A stretch of DNA of 64,000 bases from the NCBI GenBank assembly GCA_964106645.2, contig OZ067038.1. One strand, written 5' to 3'. Position numbers and translations under genes: made by a program. The DNA comes from Podarcis pityusensis (lineage: Eukaryota). The first letter of the stretch is position 1. Each line of letters starts with the position of its first letter. The notes below the pieces were generated by a model that saw nothing but the letters and a program-made list of their open reading frames with translations, did not search any database and was not told the origin of the DNA. This document shows, piece by piece, positions 38,540 to 52,326 of this stretch.

Positions 38540-40648
38540 GTAGCAGCAACGTAACACAAATTCTGCATCAGGAACAGAAGCACTTTGAGACATGTATACA
38601 ATTACCTCTTTTTACAAAATTATTTTTACTTCTGAACAGGAAAAAGAGGAACTACGCAAGGCACTGAAGCCTTTACCAACTGCTCAGTGAAATCCTATTC
38701 TCCCCATTCCACATCACCCAGCTTCTATGATTTCACCAGAACTTGTTCAGATATTAACATGCCTATTTGTGTATCCATAAAAGCTATACATTTTTCAAAC
38801 AGAGAGATTTTTAGGGTACCATATTCCATGCTCACTACAAAATTCCATGTTTATATAGTGTGATGTCTGAATACTACAGTATTCCTAACTGGACTGGAAT
38901 GTACTGATTCAATGAGAAAAAGAAAATGAAAGGTATTCGGGGGGGGGGAGGAATATTCCATGAGCAGAGGAAAGATTAAGCCACAATAAATACCAGTAGA
39001 TCATTAAATCAGGGTACAATGGCAGTACAAAAAATTATATGATACCCAGGATTCCAGGCCATCCCAGGCTAGTTAAATTCCTTTCCACATTGCTTCAGAG
39101 ATCAGTGGTAACTGCATTTTCTTGTACAATTAAGGAATCTACAGAGAAAGGAGCATATTTTTGCTATGGTTCTAAAAGTTAGATTTTTAATTAGTGCAAA
39201 CCCAACAGCATGTAGAGTAAATAGCTTCAAGCACTACTTCTCTGCCAATATTTCATTTCAGAGCATTGCAGGGAGCAAGTGCCCAACAAGATAAAATTAT
39301 AATGAACAAACTGCCTCTAGTTTATCTATCTGAAGTTCTCATCCACTTAAAATCAAAGTTGTAAAATGCCTCAGTGCCCTGAGAATCACTAATCACAGAA
39401 GGGCAGCCATTTCACTTTGAAACAAACTGTTTTAGGAAACAATAATCCACCCTGAGAAAGCAATTCCCTCTTTCCCTTAGTGTTTTTCTCTTAACTCTTA
39501 ACGTTTTGAAATAAGGAAGGATTTCCAAAGGCAACTGAAAGGATTTGCTCTGGATATTTTATTATGTTTTTATATGTTTTTTTATTCCGTATTTTTATTG
39601 CTATCTTATTGTTGATAAATGCTTTGAGATCATTTGGTGAAAATGTAGAAAACAAATTGAAACAAACCAACCTCTGGGAGCTAAATAATTTTACATGGTA
39701 TTCCAGAGCTGCTCACCTACTTCTTAGAAGGTGCTTACAAGAAGGAAGCATTTTAACTTTCCTTCATTTGGATTAGGGGCCATACACTCTTCAAATTACA
39801 GTACAACCAACTCTGCAAATAACTGCTTGCCAAATGCCACTGATCATAATCCAGGCCTCTCTCCCCCATCCTTTTCTCTGAAACCTGCAATTCAAGCAAA
39901 ACTAGTGCAATGTACACATTGTTGAACAACTCTGACTAGGAGCACTGATATTTGGGCTCCTTTTCCAGCATGATAAGATGCTTTAAGGCTGGTGGACTTT
40001 TTTAAGCCTTAGGCACAGTTGACTAAATGATCCATTTTTACAATTATTATTATATTTATATCCTGCTTTTTCCCTAGTCAAGGAGACTTACACAGATAAA
40101 ATAGAACAAGCTAAAAACACAGAAAAGACCATTGTTAAAATGCAACCGAACACTAATTACAATGGGACGGTTGTAGCACTAAGCATTTGAGATTTCATAT
40201 GTAGGGTGAATGACACAAAATGAACACTCCACCATTCTGTAATTGCTCTGTTGGGTCTAGTATGCTTCTTTCTGTAGTGAGCTAGCCATTCCCAGAATGT
40301 GCAGAGTCCTAATTCCACAATGCCAAATTTGCTAATAAATTCCAATTCAATTGGGGAGTCTCCTTTTGCTTATTCTTATGCCTTAGTCTGAGTATGACAG
40401 AGCATTATTCACCACAGAATGTTACTGAACAGTCAGACTCAGCAACTGGGATAAAGTACTGCTGTAATCAGAGGCCCAAACAATCTTCTTGAAAAATTTA
40501 CACACATTTCTCATTCACATAGCTGAAAGTGGCCAGAGGACAGAAACAAAGCCTTCAATGGCCTACTTAGTTTTCGGCACCACAATTGTGAAAAGAAAGG
40601 ACACAATACACTCTTCAGTCTTCCATTTTCTTAAAATAAAGGCTGGTA

Positions 40649-40874
40649 CAGTGGTACCTCAGGTTAAGTACTTAATTTGTTCTGGAGGTCTGTTCTTATC
40701 CTGAAACTGTTCTTAACCTGAAGCATCACTTTAGCTAATGGGGCCTCCTGCTGCCGCTGCGCTGCCACTGCACAATTTCTGTTCTCATCCTGAAGCAAAG
40801 TTCTTAACCCGAGGTACTATTTCTGGGTTAGCAGAGTCTGTAACCTGAAGTGTATGTAACCCGAGGTACCACTG
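40649..40874 (+). mobile_element. Tigger/pogo-like MITE, family B, copy 1
   Basis: TIRs CAGTGGTACCTCAGGTTA...TAACCCGAGGTACCACTG, TA TSD, internal TAACCTGAAG repeats. Homologous to 55710-55930. Confidence 0.9.
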
Positions 40875-40906
40875 TAATGCTACTAAAATGTGTTACAATT
40901 CCGCAC

Positions 40907-40987
40907 CTTTTCACTGTTTCTGTATTTTCCCCATTTTCTTAACATCTTCAGCCATTTGTCCACTCGTTCAATTTCCTGAAGTTTTTG
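40907..40987 (-). CDS. TBC Rab-GAP coding exon 4
   Basis: 81 nt, gttccag|...AAG|gtgcgg. Encodes QKLQEIERVDKWLKMLRKWGKYRNSEK. Confidence 0.95.
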
Positions 40988-41223
40988 CTGGAACAGAATT
41001 TTGAAAGTGTAGTTTAGAGGGTTTATTTCCAATTTGTGTGAGCAAGAAAGGAGGGAGAGCTAGATATCCAAGCCATCAGAATATAGAGTCATATGGTGCA
41101 TGTAAGACATTAGCTTTAAATATTTTAGCTTTAAACAGACAAGAAGGAATTTCCCCAACTGCATTCATTCCTTATGCTAGAAAGTAGAAGGTTCCAAATA
41201 AAATTTTAGCTCATATGCTACTT

Positions 41224-41361
41224 TAGGGGTAGAAAACCATTAGTTCTCCAGATATTACTGGACTACAACTTCCATCATCCTTGACTATTGGCCATGTTGG
41301 CTGAAAAGGATGGGAGCTGGAGTCCAACAGGATCTAGAGAGTTTGAGGTTAGGCACTCCTG
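41224..41361. mobile_element. Degenerate hAT-type MITE (7315-7450 family)
   Basis: CTCCAGAT...GGACTACAACTTCCATCATCC...GATGGGAGCTGGAGTCC palindrome, imperfect TSD TGCTACTT/TGCTATTC. Confidence 0.6.
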
Positions 41362-42091
41362 TGCTATTCCTTCAGTATTATTATCTTGAATCTCATCCAA
41401 ACTGTACAATGTATGATATGGCTTAACACAATGCTGTACAGCTAGGTTTGCATAAACCTACTCTGAGCATGGCAAATGCTCTTTCATTCAACTGCAACAG
41501 CACTTATGACCCACAAGCAAGATACTGAATGATTTGATGGATGATGGACTTGACCCTAAAAAAAGACAGGAATATCACAGAGGTGCTTAGACTCCCTCAA
41601 CTAGGTTTGCAGATCTAATGACTACAGTGCCACACTTTCTCATCTCTAATTTATCCATAATGCTCAACCATCCTTCTAATTATTGCCAGCAAAATTTACA
41701 AGAATTCAGCAGCTGACCATTCTTCCTCAGGTCAAGTTAAGCTGCTAAGCAGCCTCCCAGTTTTGCATGTGAAGCTTTGGTGCTGCATTTTAGAATCTAC
41801 AGAGGAAATATAATCAAACCTTCCTTGTGATGAAGTTCCATTATCTTCATAGCTGACTAAGGCCTAAACACAGTCATCTGGAAGTCTAATTGAAATCAGC
41901 AGGACTTGCTTCCAAGCAAGCGTGTTTATGTTGGGATGAAGAGCTATTATTATTTATCCAGAGAGCTAAGATTCTTATGTTAATAATTGCAGTGTCTTTC
42001 ATCACTTGCTATTGAAAAACAAACACAGCAGCAGCAGCAGCTGCCATCTCCCCCCAATTACTCTAGAGAAAGAAAAGCTCCCAGTTCCTAC

Positions 42092-42131
42092 CTTCTCCTC
42101 CAGAGCACTGCGGGTTGGTAGCTCATGCTCA
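42092..42131 (-). CDS. TBC Rab-GAP coding exon 3
   Basis: 40 nt, ctttcag|...AAG|gtagga. Encodes (H)EHELPTRSALEEK. Confidence 0.92.
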
Positions 42132-43102
42132 CTGAAAGATGAAAAATTCTAAATGAACCAATGCATAATGCAAGAAGTGTACAAGCAAAGTGATCCTGTA
42201 CAGAAAGGAGGTCTGACGGTATGCTTCAAATGATGGGGGGGGGGGGGACATAGGATTGTATATAAAGTAGCACTAAGTGACTCATTCCACCAGTGCAAGG
42301 ATTTCTGCTTTTGCAATGGAACATTTCACCGCTCTTCTCTCCCTTTACTGCCCAAAAATCTGTAATAGGGGCTCCTCCAACCCTCCATAGCAGATTTGGA
42401 GAGGCTACAGGGTGTGTATGAGTGAAGAAGGGAGGAAGTTCCACTGTGTAGGTGAAAATTCTTGCACTGATGGGATGCATTAGGTGGAGACTACCCATAG
42501 CAGCTTACTGGTCTACTACTTGGCTAAGGAGGTTCTTATTAACTTGACCATTTCTTTATTTCACATTTGATCAATGATGCCTGCCCCCAGAAAATGTGGA
42601 AACAGTGTCAGAAGGGAGATCTCCCTTGGGCTCTTGTTCACAGATGGATACAATACATAAAACAAAAAGCTATAAATTTGCATAAACCACCATAATAGAG
42701 GTGGCAAAAAAGAGGGGTTAAAATGCTACCCACTCTGAACACCCGAATCCCTCTAAAGGGCAGCTGTAGAAAGCTGAAACACTGCTGCATTTCCACGCTT
42801 TTCAGAAACTGTTTACATCCTAAGTACATAATCTGCCTGTATAAAGGAAACACAAATATTGATTTCCAAGGACCAAGCCCTCTCATAGTTTAGCTGTACC
42901 TTATCATGGCAGGAATTTTCATAAGCAACAGAAAGTGATTTCCTCTCTGCTTCTGACTTGCACAAGTGGACAAAAGTACTAGTAAAGGCACTTGGCTGAG
43001 GTACAGTGGTGGAGGACCCAACCATGACAGTGAAAGGGACGCAACTGCGGCCTTCAGCACTAGTTTCAGCAAAATGAAGAGGACAAGAAAAGGGTAACTT
43101 AC

Positions 43103-43188
43103 TGCAAAAACCCAAATCTGTCAGTGACTTTGTAGAGAGTGAAGTCAGCATCTTCCCATGGATCAATCTGAGCTCCTTCCTGCCTTCC
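43103..43188 (-). CDS. TBC Rab-GAP coding exon 2
   Basis: 86 nt, tttacag|...CA|gtaagt. Encodes [28 protein letters not shown]. Confidence 0.96.
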
Positions 43189-43988
43189 CTGTAAAGAAGG
43201 TTGCACAATAGTTTACACTATGGTGACTAACAGATGATATCATTTTGAGAAGAAATGGAGAAAATTTATGATGCCATGTGTTCTTACGTCATTTTTACTC
43301 ATCCAAGACTAGCCATGGGTTGATTTTGTGTCTTTTATAAGTTGTAAGCGTAAAGCGGGTCAGCAAAGTGAAGGGTGGGTATGAACTAATATTTGTACAA
43401 TGGCAGCTGTCTTGCCTATGATATGCACTGGGCACAAATACGTTGTTTTTGGTTGCAAGTACCTCACTTCTACAATGACTGCAGTATTACTGTTCTTCTT
43501 TGCCTGTGGCCCAGCATGAAATGGAGGGGACCATTTAAAAGATTATACCTCATGGACAAGAAGGATCAAGGATGGGAAATGAAAATGTAGCACTTATAGC
43601 TTTCCTTATCATTGTGTTTTGAGACCCTGAACCCTTTACTGAAGTTTCTGCTTTCTGCAGAATGTTGGGGAAATACATGTCTGGCTGCAGAACCAGAGGG
43701 CACACAGCGAAAACAAGCTGCGTAGTATATAGTCAATATACTGGGGCCAATTAATCCCTCACTTGCTAGGACTCCATGGTCCCTTCATCCCTCCAAAATG
43801 TATGAAAAACCAAATAATAAGGATGATTTGAAGATGGATGGCATTGATCAAGGGAAAATTGAATATCCCATATTGCTATTTTCTGAATCTGGTTGACTTA
43901 CTACAAGTTCCTGTGTTCTGTAGACAGTTAAGCCAAAAGAAATCTTTGGTTGGTAGCATATTAAGTGGGAGGAAAGCAAGGTTCTTAC

Positions 43989-44054
43989 CTTCTCATACTT
44001 AGCAATGATTTCTGCCCTTTCCTCTGCTATTAAGGCATCTATATCTTTCTTCAT
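43989..44054 (-). CDS. TBC Rab-GAP coding exon 1 (ATG at 44054; exon begins at 44062)
   Basis: cttacag|CCTTTGAC ATG, donor AAG|gtaaga. Encodes MKKDIDALIAEERAEIIAKYEK, similar to USP6NL LAQERAEIVAKYDR. Confidence 0.9.
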
Positions 44055-45790
44055 GTCAAAGGCTGTAAGAAAAGGAAAAGGCAAACAATGACATTATAAG
44101 CAGCAGTCATAGCAGGGGTGGGGGGCAAATGTGCTAATAGAAAAAGGCTTCACTTACAACTAAAAGTCATAAACCCTATCATAAAGCTAAATAACAGGCT
44201 TAAGCTGCAAAATCCCAATAAAATATATACTTAGTTCATATTGCACAACTCAAGCTTTTTGGAGGGGGGAATCACCACCAGCAAGAAAAAGACAGGCAAC
44301 TAAAGGTAATTATTGCAAGAAGCAGCACCTTCAAAATCTTTCCCGGTTTTCAATCACATTTATCAAATTTTCTACAGATAGGAATATACATGTAGTATTA
44401 TTGATTTACAATGAAAATTATATTCCATTATATATAATAATATGCCAAGTCAAGTCCACTTACAACAGTATAAAATAAACATAGCAAAAATAAGATACAC
44501 AAAGCAACTACAAAAGCAATAAAACAACAGGAAAGGGTTGACTTGAAACTGTGACTGACTCATACTTGTGATGACAAGGGGAATGCAACTGCAATCCTAG
44601 ACACTCTCCTAATCAAACATGTTGATAATGCTTTTTAAATAGAGACAGAAAGCTACCAGTCCAGAATTGTTCAAGATAAAAACCAGAGTTAATTTATCCT
44701 GGCGTTCACTTATACCAGTCTAACTGCATGAGATGACAGCACAACCACTGTGTTAGAAAACAGGCCACACCAAATTCCCATAAAGCAGAGGTCGGGCTTG
44801 AAGGGCAATTAAAAATAAAGAAAAACGGAGAGTGCTCAACACCCCTCTCAACTAAAATTTAGACCTAAGCCATTTCTTTTGGCTATTTTTCATTTTGCAT
44901 GGGTTACTATTAGTCTTGGGATACCTAGGGCAAGAAAAATGTCCCTGAAGGGGTGGGTGGTACTGAAGATATATTTTAGCACCTATTCTGCATTTATGAA
45001 ATCCCCTGTGCACCTTACAGGAATTTAATGGCAACCAGATACTAAAATACAAGACTGCCATCGGTTCATGAAGGAGGGTAGTGGATGCACCTCCATCTTC
45101 TGTTGGAATGTCTGGCACCACTGAGGTGGGGGTGTCTTCTGATAAGACTACTCGGGCCTCTCCCAAACAACAAGCTTGCCCCTCTTATCCTATTTCTCCT
45201 CTCTTTCTGATTAGTCATGCCAAGAGGTCTCCATAGGGCTCATGACAGGTACACTCCCGTAAACACAATATATTTGGTTATGTGGTTGGAAAGAACAGAT
45301 AGTTAACATCAGGAGTAAGTTCTTCCACCTAACCTCATCCATGGAATAAGTTAAGCAGAACATTATGAAATGGTGGCCAACTCTGTGTGGTACAAATGCT
45401 GCCAGGATTGTGAAGGATGACAGCTGATCACAGAACATGGAGGTGTTTCAGAACTGGTTTCAAGCCTCCTGGGGTAGACCTCCCCAGCAAAAAAGGCATG
45501 CAAATTGGGTGAAAAACTGTAGAGCAACAAAAACTTGGGTCTCTTTCATCATGAGATTCTACCTGCACTGAAAAAGTCCAGGAATAGCAGAAGTCTCAGC
45601 CTTTTGAGTCTCCCTTTCTTTCTTTAGAGTATACTAAGTAGGTCAGTACACAAGCTGGAAGCCCTAAATAATGGTAACCCTTTATTTAGCCTCAGTATTT
45701 ATTCTGCTCTGTCAAAAGCACTAAATCCACATAAGCATTCACAGGAAATGAAACAAGTGAACGCTGCAGATGAAACACGGAAGACCTTAC

Positions 45791-46092
45791 CTGAGATGGT
45801 CCTTACGTCTCACGCTGCACGTCTTGAGGCTGGGGTGGCCTCTCCCTCCTTGATGCTACCTGACAGAAAACATTCCAAGTGCTCAATGTGCCTCTTTGCA
45901 TCCACCTCTTCCGTCCGCAGCTGGCACTTTCAGGCAGTCCTTAGTATGGCCCCTCTCAGCCTTGCCCACCAAACTCCATAGTCAGTGAAAACTTTTCTGC
46001 TTTTTTCTACACAACTGATGATCATTGGTCAGATTGAAAGAAATACCGCTTTTCCTTTTTATGCAGATGATCTCCTTCTTCCACTGGATTGA
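45791..46092 (-). other. Probable 5'UTR exon (302 nt) of the TBC gene
   Basis: Acceptor ttttttaattttccctcag| and strong donor CAG|gtaagg. An in-frame TGA upstream of the main ATG is consistent with a non-coding leader. Confidence 0.55.
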
Positions 46093-47732
46093 CTGAGGGA
46101 AAATTAAAAAACAAATATAACTTTTTAAGCCTCAAAAGCTATGACCCCCCCCCCCCCAAGAATTGAAATGCATTCATCACAAACTATGTTCTCATATTAC
46201 TTAGAGTAAGGGAGCAGATATGTAAAATCCCAGAGCAAAAATCATGGCCACTGTGCTAGCTAAAACCAATGTCTAGTTTAGCATTATGTGTGAACCTGCA
46301 CTCATGGCTTATCTCACTCTAGAATAACCATGAGCTTTCTCCTTCATTTATTCCTAATGACTTGTTTGGGGTAGACAAATCTCAAGCCTGGGTCTGCCAG
46401 TGGGAAGCCACCAATTAAGGGATTTCAGGAAGGGGCTGAATTTGTATAAGATAGTATGTGCAGAATTTGTATAAGATAATATGCACAGAGACCAACTATT
46501 TCTTATGCAAAACACACTGTATGCTTTAGATAGTACATAACTTTGGGTACCTTTGATTTAGCCCAATCTAACAACATTGTGTATTTTGTGATACCAGTTA
46601 TACTTTTTGCTGAGCTAGCAAAAAAAATTATTCTGAACAGTAAATAGTTGTTCATGCTGTACTGCATTTTTTTTTTTAGGGGTGGAATTTTGCTGTCACT
46701 TTACAAGGCACTCATGATTAAGTTTTTAAAATGAATGAAAGAGAGAGGGTGAGAGAGGGTGAAGCACAGGAGTTAGTATTTCTATAGTAGCATGATGTCA
46801 TTTGTCAACAATTTGCTTATGTAAGGGAGCTCAGTTTAAAGGCAACATCTGATTTTAATCAGCCTTTCATTTTCTGACATAGCCAAATGTCTCTCAAAAT
46901 CAGTTGTGTTCAGCACCAGTATCTTCAGGTCATTGAGGCTTCAAAGAAATGCTATGCATCAGATACTCATAAAACTCATCAGAAAACCCTGCCCGCCTCC
47001 CAGCAAGGCTTTGCTCATGTCAGCAGAAACGAGATGTTAGTATTCTTTAATGGGCAGATTAGTTGGATTTCTAGATTTCTGGAAAAAACTAAGAAAGAAC
47101 GTAAAGAAGTAGCACACAGCACAGCACCCTAGCATAGAATGGTAATCACAACACCAGTTGTTAAACTGATTCTTTTTAACCAGTTTGATTAGAGAAGAGG
47201 GAGCAGTGAGATAGAGCTATATGACAACTATCAAAACGACATGCAATGGCCATACATCAGTGTCTCTAAAAGCAGATCTGCTGCAAGCTGGGATAGAGAG
47301 GGAAATTCAGTTCTGTTCACATTTCATGAGGACTTTTTGAAAGAAAAGAAAATTACAAACGAATGCAGAAATTTGGAGATCTGAAGATCGGAAAAATGTG
47401 AAACTGAGAGATTCCTCCATCCTTAGCACCAAGGAAGTGCAAAGCAAGGGATGGAGGTACAATTTGGAATACAAAAAGTGGGAGACCAGGCAAGATGTGC
47501 TAAACTCACCCACGCTCCTCTCAAGATTGGGCTCCAGTACTGAAAGCAAGTCCAACTGGAGAAAAGCAGTTGCAAGGGGATTATTCAGCATTCAGCCGCC
47601 CATCCCCGCACACCACTAGCATTTTAAATTGTATCACCACACCACAGGATGGAGCTACGTTAGGCCCTCATACTATTTTGCTGTAATTTACATGATCATT
47701 CTATTTTCACAGCAGTTGGGAATCACTCAGAG

Positions 47733-48024
47733 CAGTGGCATAGCTAGCCGCCCAGGTGCCCAGGGCAGTGCACACACGCCCTGTGCCCAGGTGAGCTGCC
47801 CGTGGGGGCGGGGCAAGCCTCCCATTGGGTGGGGCAAGCCGGGGCAGGGTGCGCTGTGCAGAGCCTTGCCGCTGCCTCCCCCTCAGCTGTAGGCAACTGA
47901 GGGAGAGACGGCAGGCAGACACAAGCCCCTCACTGGGAGCCTGCAGGTGCCCGAGCCACCGTGTCACTCCCACACGCCACATGCCACAGTGTGGCAGCCA
48001 CTGCTCCCCCTAGCTACGCCTCTG
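47733..48024. mobile_element. GC-rich hAT MITE (292 bp)
   Basis: TIRs CAGTGGCATAGCTAG / CTAGCTACGCCTCTG, perfect 8-bp TSD ACTCAGAG at 47725-47732 and 48025-48032. Confidence 0.88.
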
Positions 48025-50316
48025 ACTCAGAGCACACTCCTATATGTTTTTTCTCCATGAGACTGGTGCCATTTTGTCACAGTGACATTTCAGCTTGAAA
48101 TTGACAATTTTTTCAACTTTTAGAATGAAGAGCACATATGAAATAACTCTGTTCCACCCATGACCCCATCCACTCAAAGCATGCTCTTAGAAGGATGATT
48201 CACTACCTGTACACTAATCCAGGCATTCACTCGGTCTTAGCAACCTGACCCAGCATCCCTGACTCATCACTTGTAAAACAGCACAATGCAATGGTCAAAC
48301 CTATTTGTGTTGTCAAGCAATGAAGTAGTTATAATGCTTACTGTGGAAATGATGATATTTCCTGTGATCTCTATGCTAACTAAGAGTGGTGCTCAAGCTA
48401 TGTCTTCAGGGTTAACCTGGCACCTTCCTAGCCTGATAGAAAATGTAACAGAATGATGGCAGCTACTTTGATTTCACATTGGCATGAAACCTCTTCTGCT
48501 TAGTGTTATATAGGTATACCCTATGGCTTGGCATAAGGCCAGTTCAACTAAATTACCGGTAACCTCTGAGTCTGTGACCTCCCATTCCCACCATCCCAGA
48601 TAAAAGTTTAAAATATACTTTTCGATGAGCCGTATCAGCAAAAGGAATTGACAGAAAATAAGTGGGAGGATATTTTTATAATGAGCAGTAAAGACTTGAT
48701 AGGACAGGTTGTACTCCCAACTCCTACTTTCTATAGACTTGATGGACAGCTTAGTGTTGCTTCTGCATGTTTGAAGTATACTTTGCTTTAGTTTAAAATG
48801 AAGAAACAAGATGCTAATAAGTAGGTGTGATACTAGCGGAGACAAACTACTTTAAATAGAAACTAAACTATTCAGTGTCAACATTTTCTTCCAAGACTTC
48901 TACAGCAATTCTTCATCTGCTATTTTTAGATCTTGCAGAGGATAATTAAGACAAACATTTGTTTTGCTTCAGCCTAGAACTCATCTGCCAGATGATGGAA
49001 GCTAAAGAAGCAAGAGTTTCTTTTTTGGTCTTGGTTTAAAACAAAAAAACAAAACAAAATCCCTTTTACTTGACACATACATTATTAAATTGTACAGACC
49101 ACACCAGAAAAAGTAGACAAACTGAAGAAAAATCTTTGACGCATGCAAATATTTCTTAAGCCCCTCTCTCACAGATTTTACGAACAAATTAATCATTCTT
49201 ATGTTCCATATAGGATCAAATACGTGCAGCTGTGCCTTTGGAAGTGTTTTGTACAAACACAAATATGTCCTGTTCCAAAACTGCCAACCACTTTCTCCTG
49301 CATTTTATTTTCATGTGTGCCATTAAACGTTATTAAAATAGTTCCTTTAAACACCACTGAAATCAAGAAGAAAAGCATCTGTGGCCAATTCAGTCTTGAT
49401 TTGTGGTTTGTTAAACTGTGGCTTGGTGTCATGTGCAAGCCAGGCCAGTGCTGTAATATCTTGTTGTCCCTTAATCTCTCATAGAACTTGGTTAAATATG
49501 GTTGCCAACTATCTCTGCACTCTGTTTTAAACATTAAGCAGTCACAGCACGTAACCTAGTATTTTATGGCCAGAAGGGGGAAATCTTATTGGTTCTGACT
49601 GATAATTTCTTAGCCCAAACCAAACAATAACCCTCTTCTTAAAAGTCCCATAACCTGTGTGTTGCATTTAAGCTGGAAATGACTTCTAATTCTGGAAAAA
49701 TTCATCAGGCATACTTTAATATTACAAACACTGTATCTTAAATCCCTGCAATGACTTTTGTATAAGGCTGCAGATCTCTGCAATCCACTGTGTCCATGGG
49801 ATTTTATGCCTTAAATTCACTTTACATAATGTCCCAGAGGTGTGTCAATTAACATTAACAGTTGGATTTTTTTCTGATGTTTATAAGTAACAACTTACAT
49901 TCTGGAAATATGTTCTAAGATGTTTTTGTTTTGTTTTCTAAATGAAAGGAAGGGATGCTTCCCCCCCCCCCTTTTCTGTGGGACACTGAACACTGGAAGA
50001 GATGCTTTCTACACTTACTGGATATTAATTATTCAATAATGGTATTTAAATAAAACTGAGGGATAATGAGGTTCTGAGACTGTCTGAAGCCAAACCCTTG
50101 AGAATAGAAGCTCAAGAGAGTCCTTGAGCTGTTCTTCACAGCAGGAAGCACTGAGAAAATTAGCTGTCACCGTGTCCTGACTGAACACACATACTGCATG
50201 AGGTTTGCTGGCCTGCTAACTTCCATTGATGCTCTTTCTGCTTGGCCTATATTTGTGCATGATGAGGCACATGGTTTTTCTTTTTCATCTAACCTAAAGG
50301 CTGAGGACCAGTTATA

Positions 50317-50430
50317 ATAGGAATTGGGAACCTGTGGTCCTCCAGATGATGTTGGATGAAAACTCCCATCAGCTTGAACCATTGGCAATACAGGCTGGGG
50401 CTTACTGTGATGTGGTTCAACAATGTCGTC
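50317..50430. mobile_element. Degenerate hAT-type MITE fragment
   Basis: GGGAACCTGTGGTCCTCCAGATGATGTTGGA...AACTCCCATCAGC, similar to the 7315 family. Confidence 0.5.
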
Positions 50431-50667
50431 TAATAACCACCTTTTATTCTTCCCACTATTCTGTGAAGTTGGTTAAAAATATATATGTCTTTTTCAAAGT
50501 AACTACAGTGAGCTACACAGCCAAACAGGACTTTGTCCCTTTCCTTACTGAAACCCACCTCTATCAACTTGATTATACATAAATAAAATTGGCCAGAATA
50601 TAATCTGGTTGCAGCTTTGAACTGAGTCTTGCGGACAAACATCCTTTAGCATCTCTGCTGTTAGAGG

Positions 50668-50669
<2 letters not shown>

Positions 50670-50730
<61 letters not shown>
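50670..50730. repeat. (GT)n(GA)n compound microsatellite
   Basis: Seen directly. Confidence 0.95.
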
Positions 50731-50736
<6 letters not shown>

Positions 50737-51725
50737 ATTTCATCCATCTCTGCAAAGACAAATACCACATTTTCAACTTGCTAAAATGCAATATTGCCTC
50801 TCATTAGCATATTTTGCTTGACAAAACATGGCTTAGTAGTCCTGGATATTGTCTGCAACATCAGTGATGCATAGCATGATTTTCCCTCTGCCCTAACCCA
50901 TGTCAACTCATCAGGTTTTTTTATTATTATAATAATAAATTTATTTGGTAGCTGTGCTTTCCCTGCTATGCACACCCAGTCTAGACTGATCGTCGAGACA
51001 CAATTCACCACCCCCTAAAAATCTGGATAAACAGCCGTTAAAACCCCTCCTTCCATTAGCTGTCTAGGGTCTGTGTTTCCTGCTACTGGTTCACAGACAT
51101 ACCACATTATGGATAAAAGGTGGCTGGGACTCAATTGATTTGTTAGAAAGAACCACACAATTGACACACGGCATAGGTATAATATGCATGATAGCCCTAA
51201 ATATGTAACACAACCGTAAAAAATAGAGTGATTTTTATTTGATTATTTCTTACCCTGAGATTTTTGTAACTCATATTCATAAGAACTGGATAAAAATGAG
51301 AGTTCTGGTATCAGAAAGAAATTCAGCCACACAAAGCAAGGCACACTTATTCATACAAACAGCACCAGTCATAGAATGCCATGAAAAGTTCTTTGGTAAA
51401 GGTGGAAGAAGACAAGAAATATTTTACAGATCACAAACACATTCTCTCATAGCTTTTGCATCAGATGAATCACTGTATATTACATATATAATGAATAAAA
51501 AGAGAGTTAGATTAGAACAAATGTGTGAGAAAGAAGACCAAACTTATAAAACATATTAGTGATGAGTATGAAAAAAGTAACAGCTACTGTATACTAATTA
51601 ATTTGGAATGAAAATATTTAACCTTTTATATATTCACAATCTAACACATTCCAAATAATTCACATATAATAAGAAGTATTCCATGTTTATAAAATTGCAG
51701 GATATTCAGATATTGCTATCTAAAC

Positions 51726-51861
51726 CACGCTTCCTCAACCTTGGCCCTCCTGATGCTTTGAGACTACAATTCCCATCACCCCTGACCACTGGTCCTGCTA
51801 GCTAGGGATCATGGGAGTTGTAGGCCAAAAACATCTGGAGGGCTGAGGTTGAGGAAACTTG
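51726..51861. mobile_element. hAT-type palindromic MITE (136 bp, 7315-7450 family)
   Basis: Same length and palindromic core, TSD ATCTAAAC/ATTTAAAC. Confidence 0.85.
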
Positions 51862-52085
51862 ATTTAAACGATAAATGGTAGGGCCATCTTTTATTTACAA
51901 TAAATGTCTATGCTTTATTAATAAATTATATATCGTATATAATTTAATAACCACACCTACATGTACTCAGCAGATGAATCTCTTATGCCTTTACACATTT
52001 TGAAGAGCAGAACGTAAGGGGAACTTTTCTTTAACTAGCAGGACAGCACCATTAAACCCTGATCACTCCAAGGGGGAGGGGAAAG

Positions 52086-52326
52086 AAGTCATGGATCTGA
52101 GAGGGGATTCCCCCCCCCCCCGCCACTTTCCCTAGAAAAACCTGCCGTTTACTGCTGAATTGGAACAAACATCAATCAGGTTTTCTGTGGATTGACGTTT
52201 GCTCTGATTCAGCAGTAAACAGCGGGTTTTCTCAGGGAAAGAGGAGGGACACACACAAAAATCCTCTCCAACCTGTGACTTGAAATCATGGGATTTCAAA
52301 TCCAACTGAAGTATGGATGGGGCCCT
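52086..52326. mobile_element. Palindromic MITE (possibly PIF/Harbinger)
   Basis: Core hairpin at 52126-52241, outer arms AAGTCATGGATCTGAGAGGGGATT / AATCCTCTCCAACCTGTGACTT. The right end ...GGATGGGGCCC is followed by TAA. Confidence 0.6.

Noticed and set aside
44852-45166. 104-aa minus-strand ORF between the leader exon and coding exon 1
   Set aside because: Non-ATG start, no acceptor and no recognisable homology.
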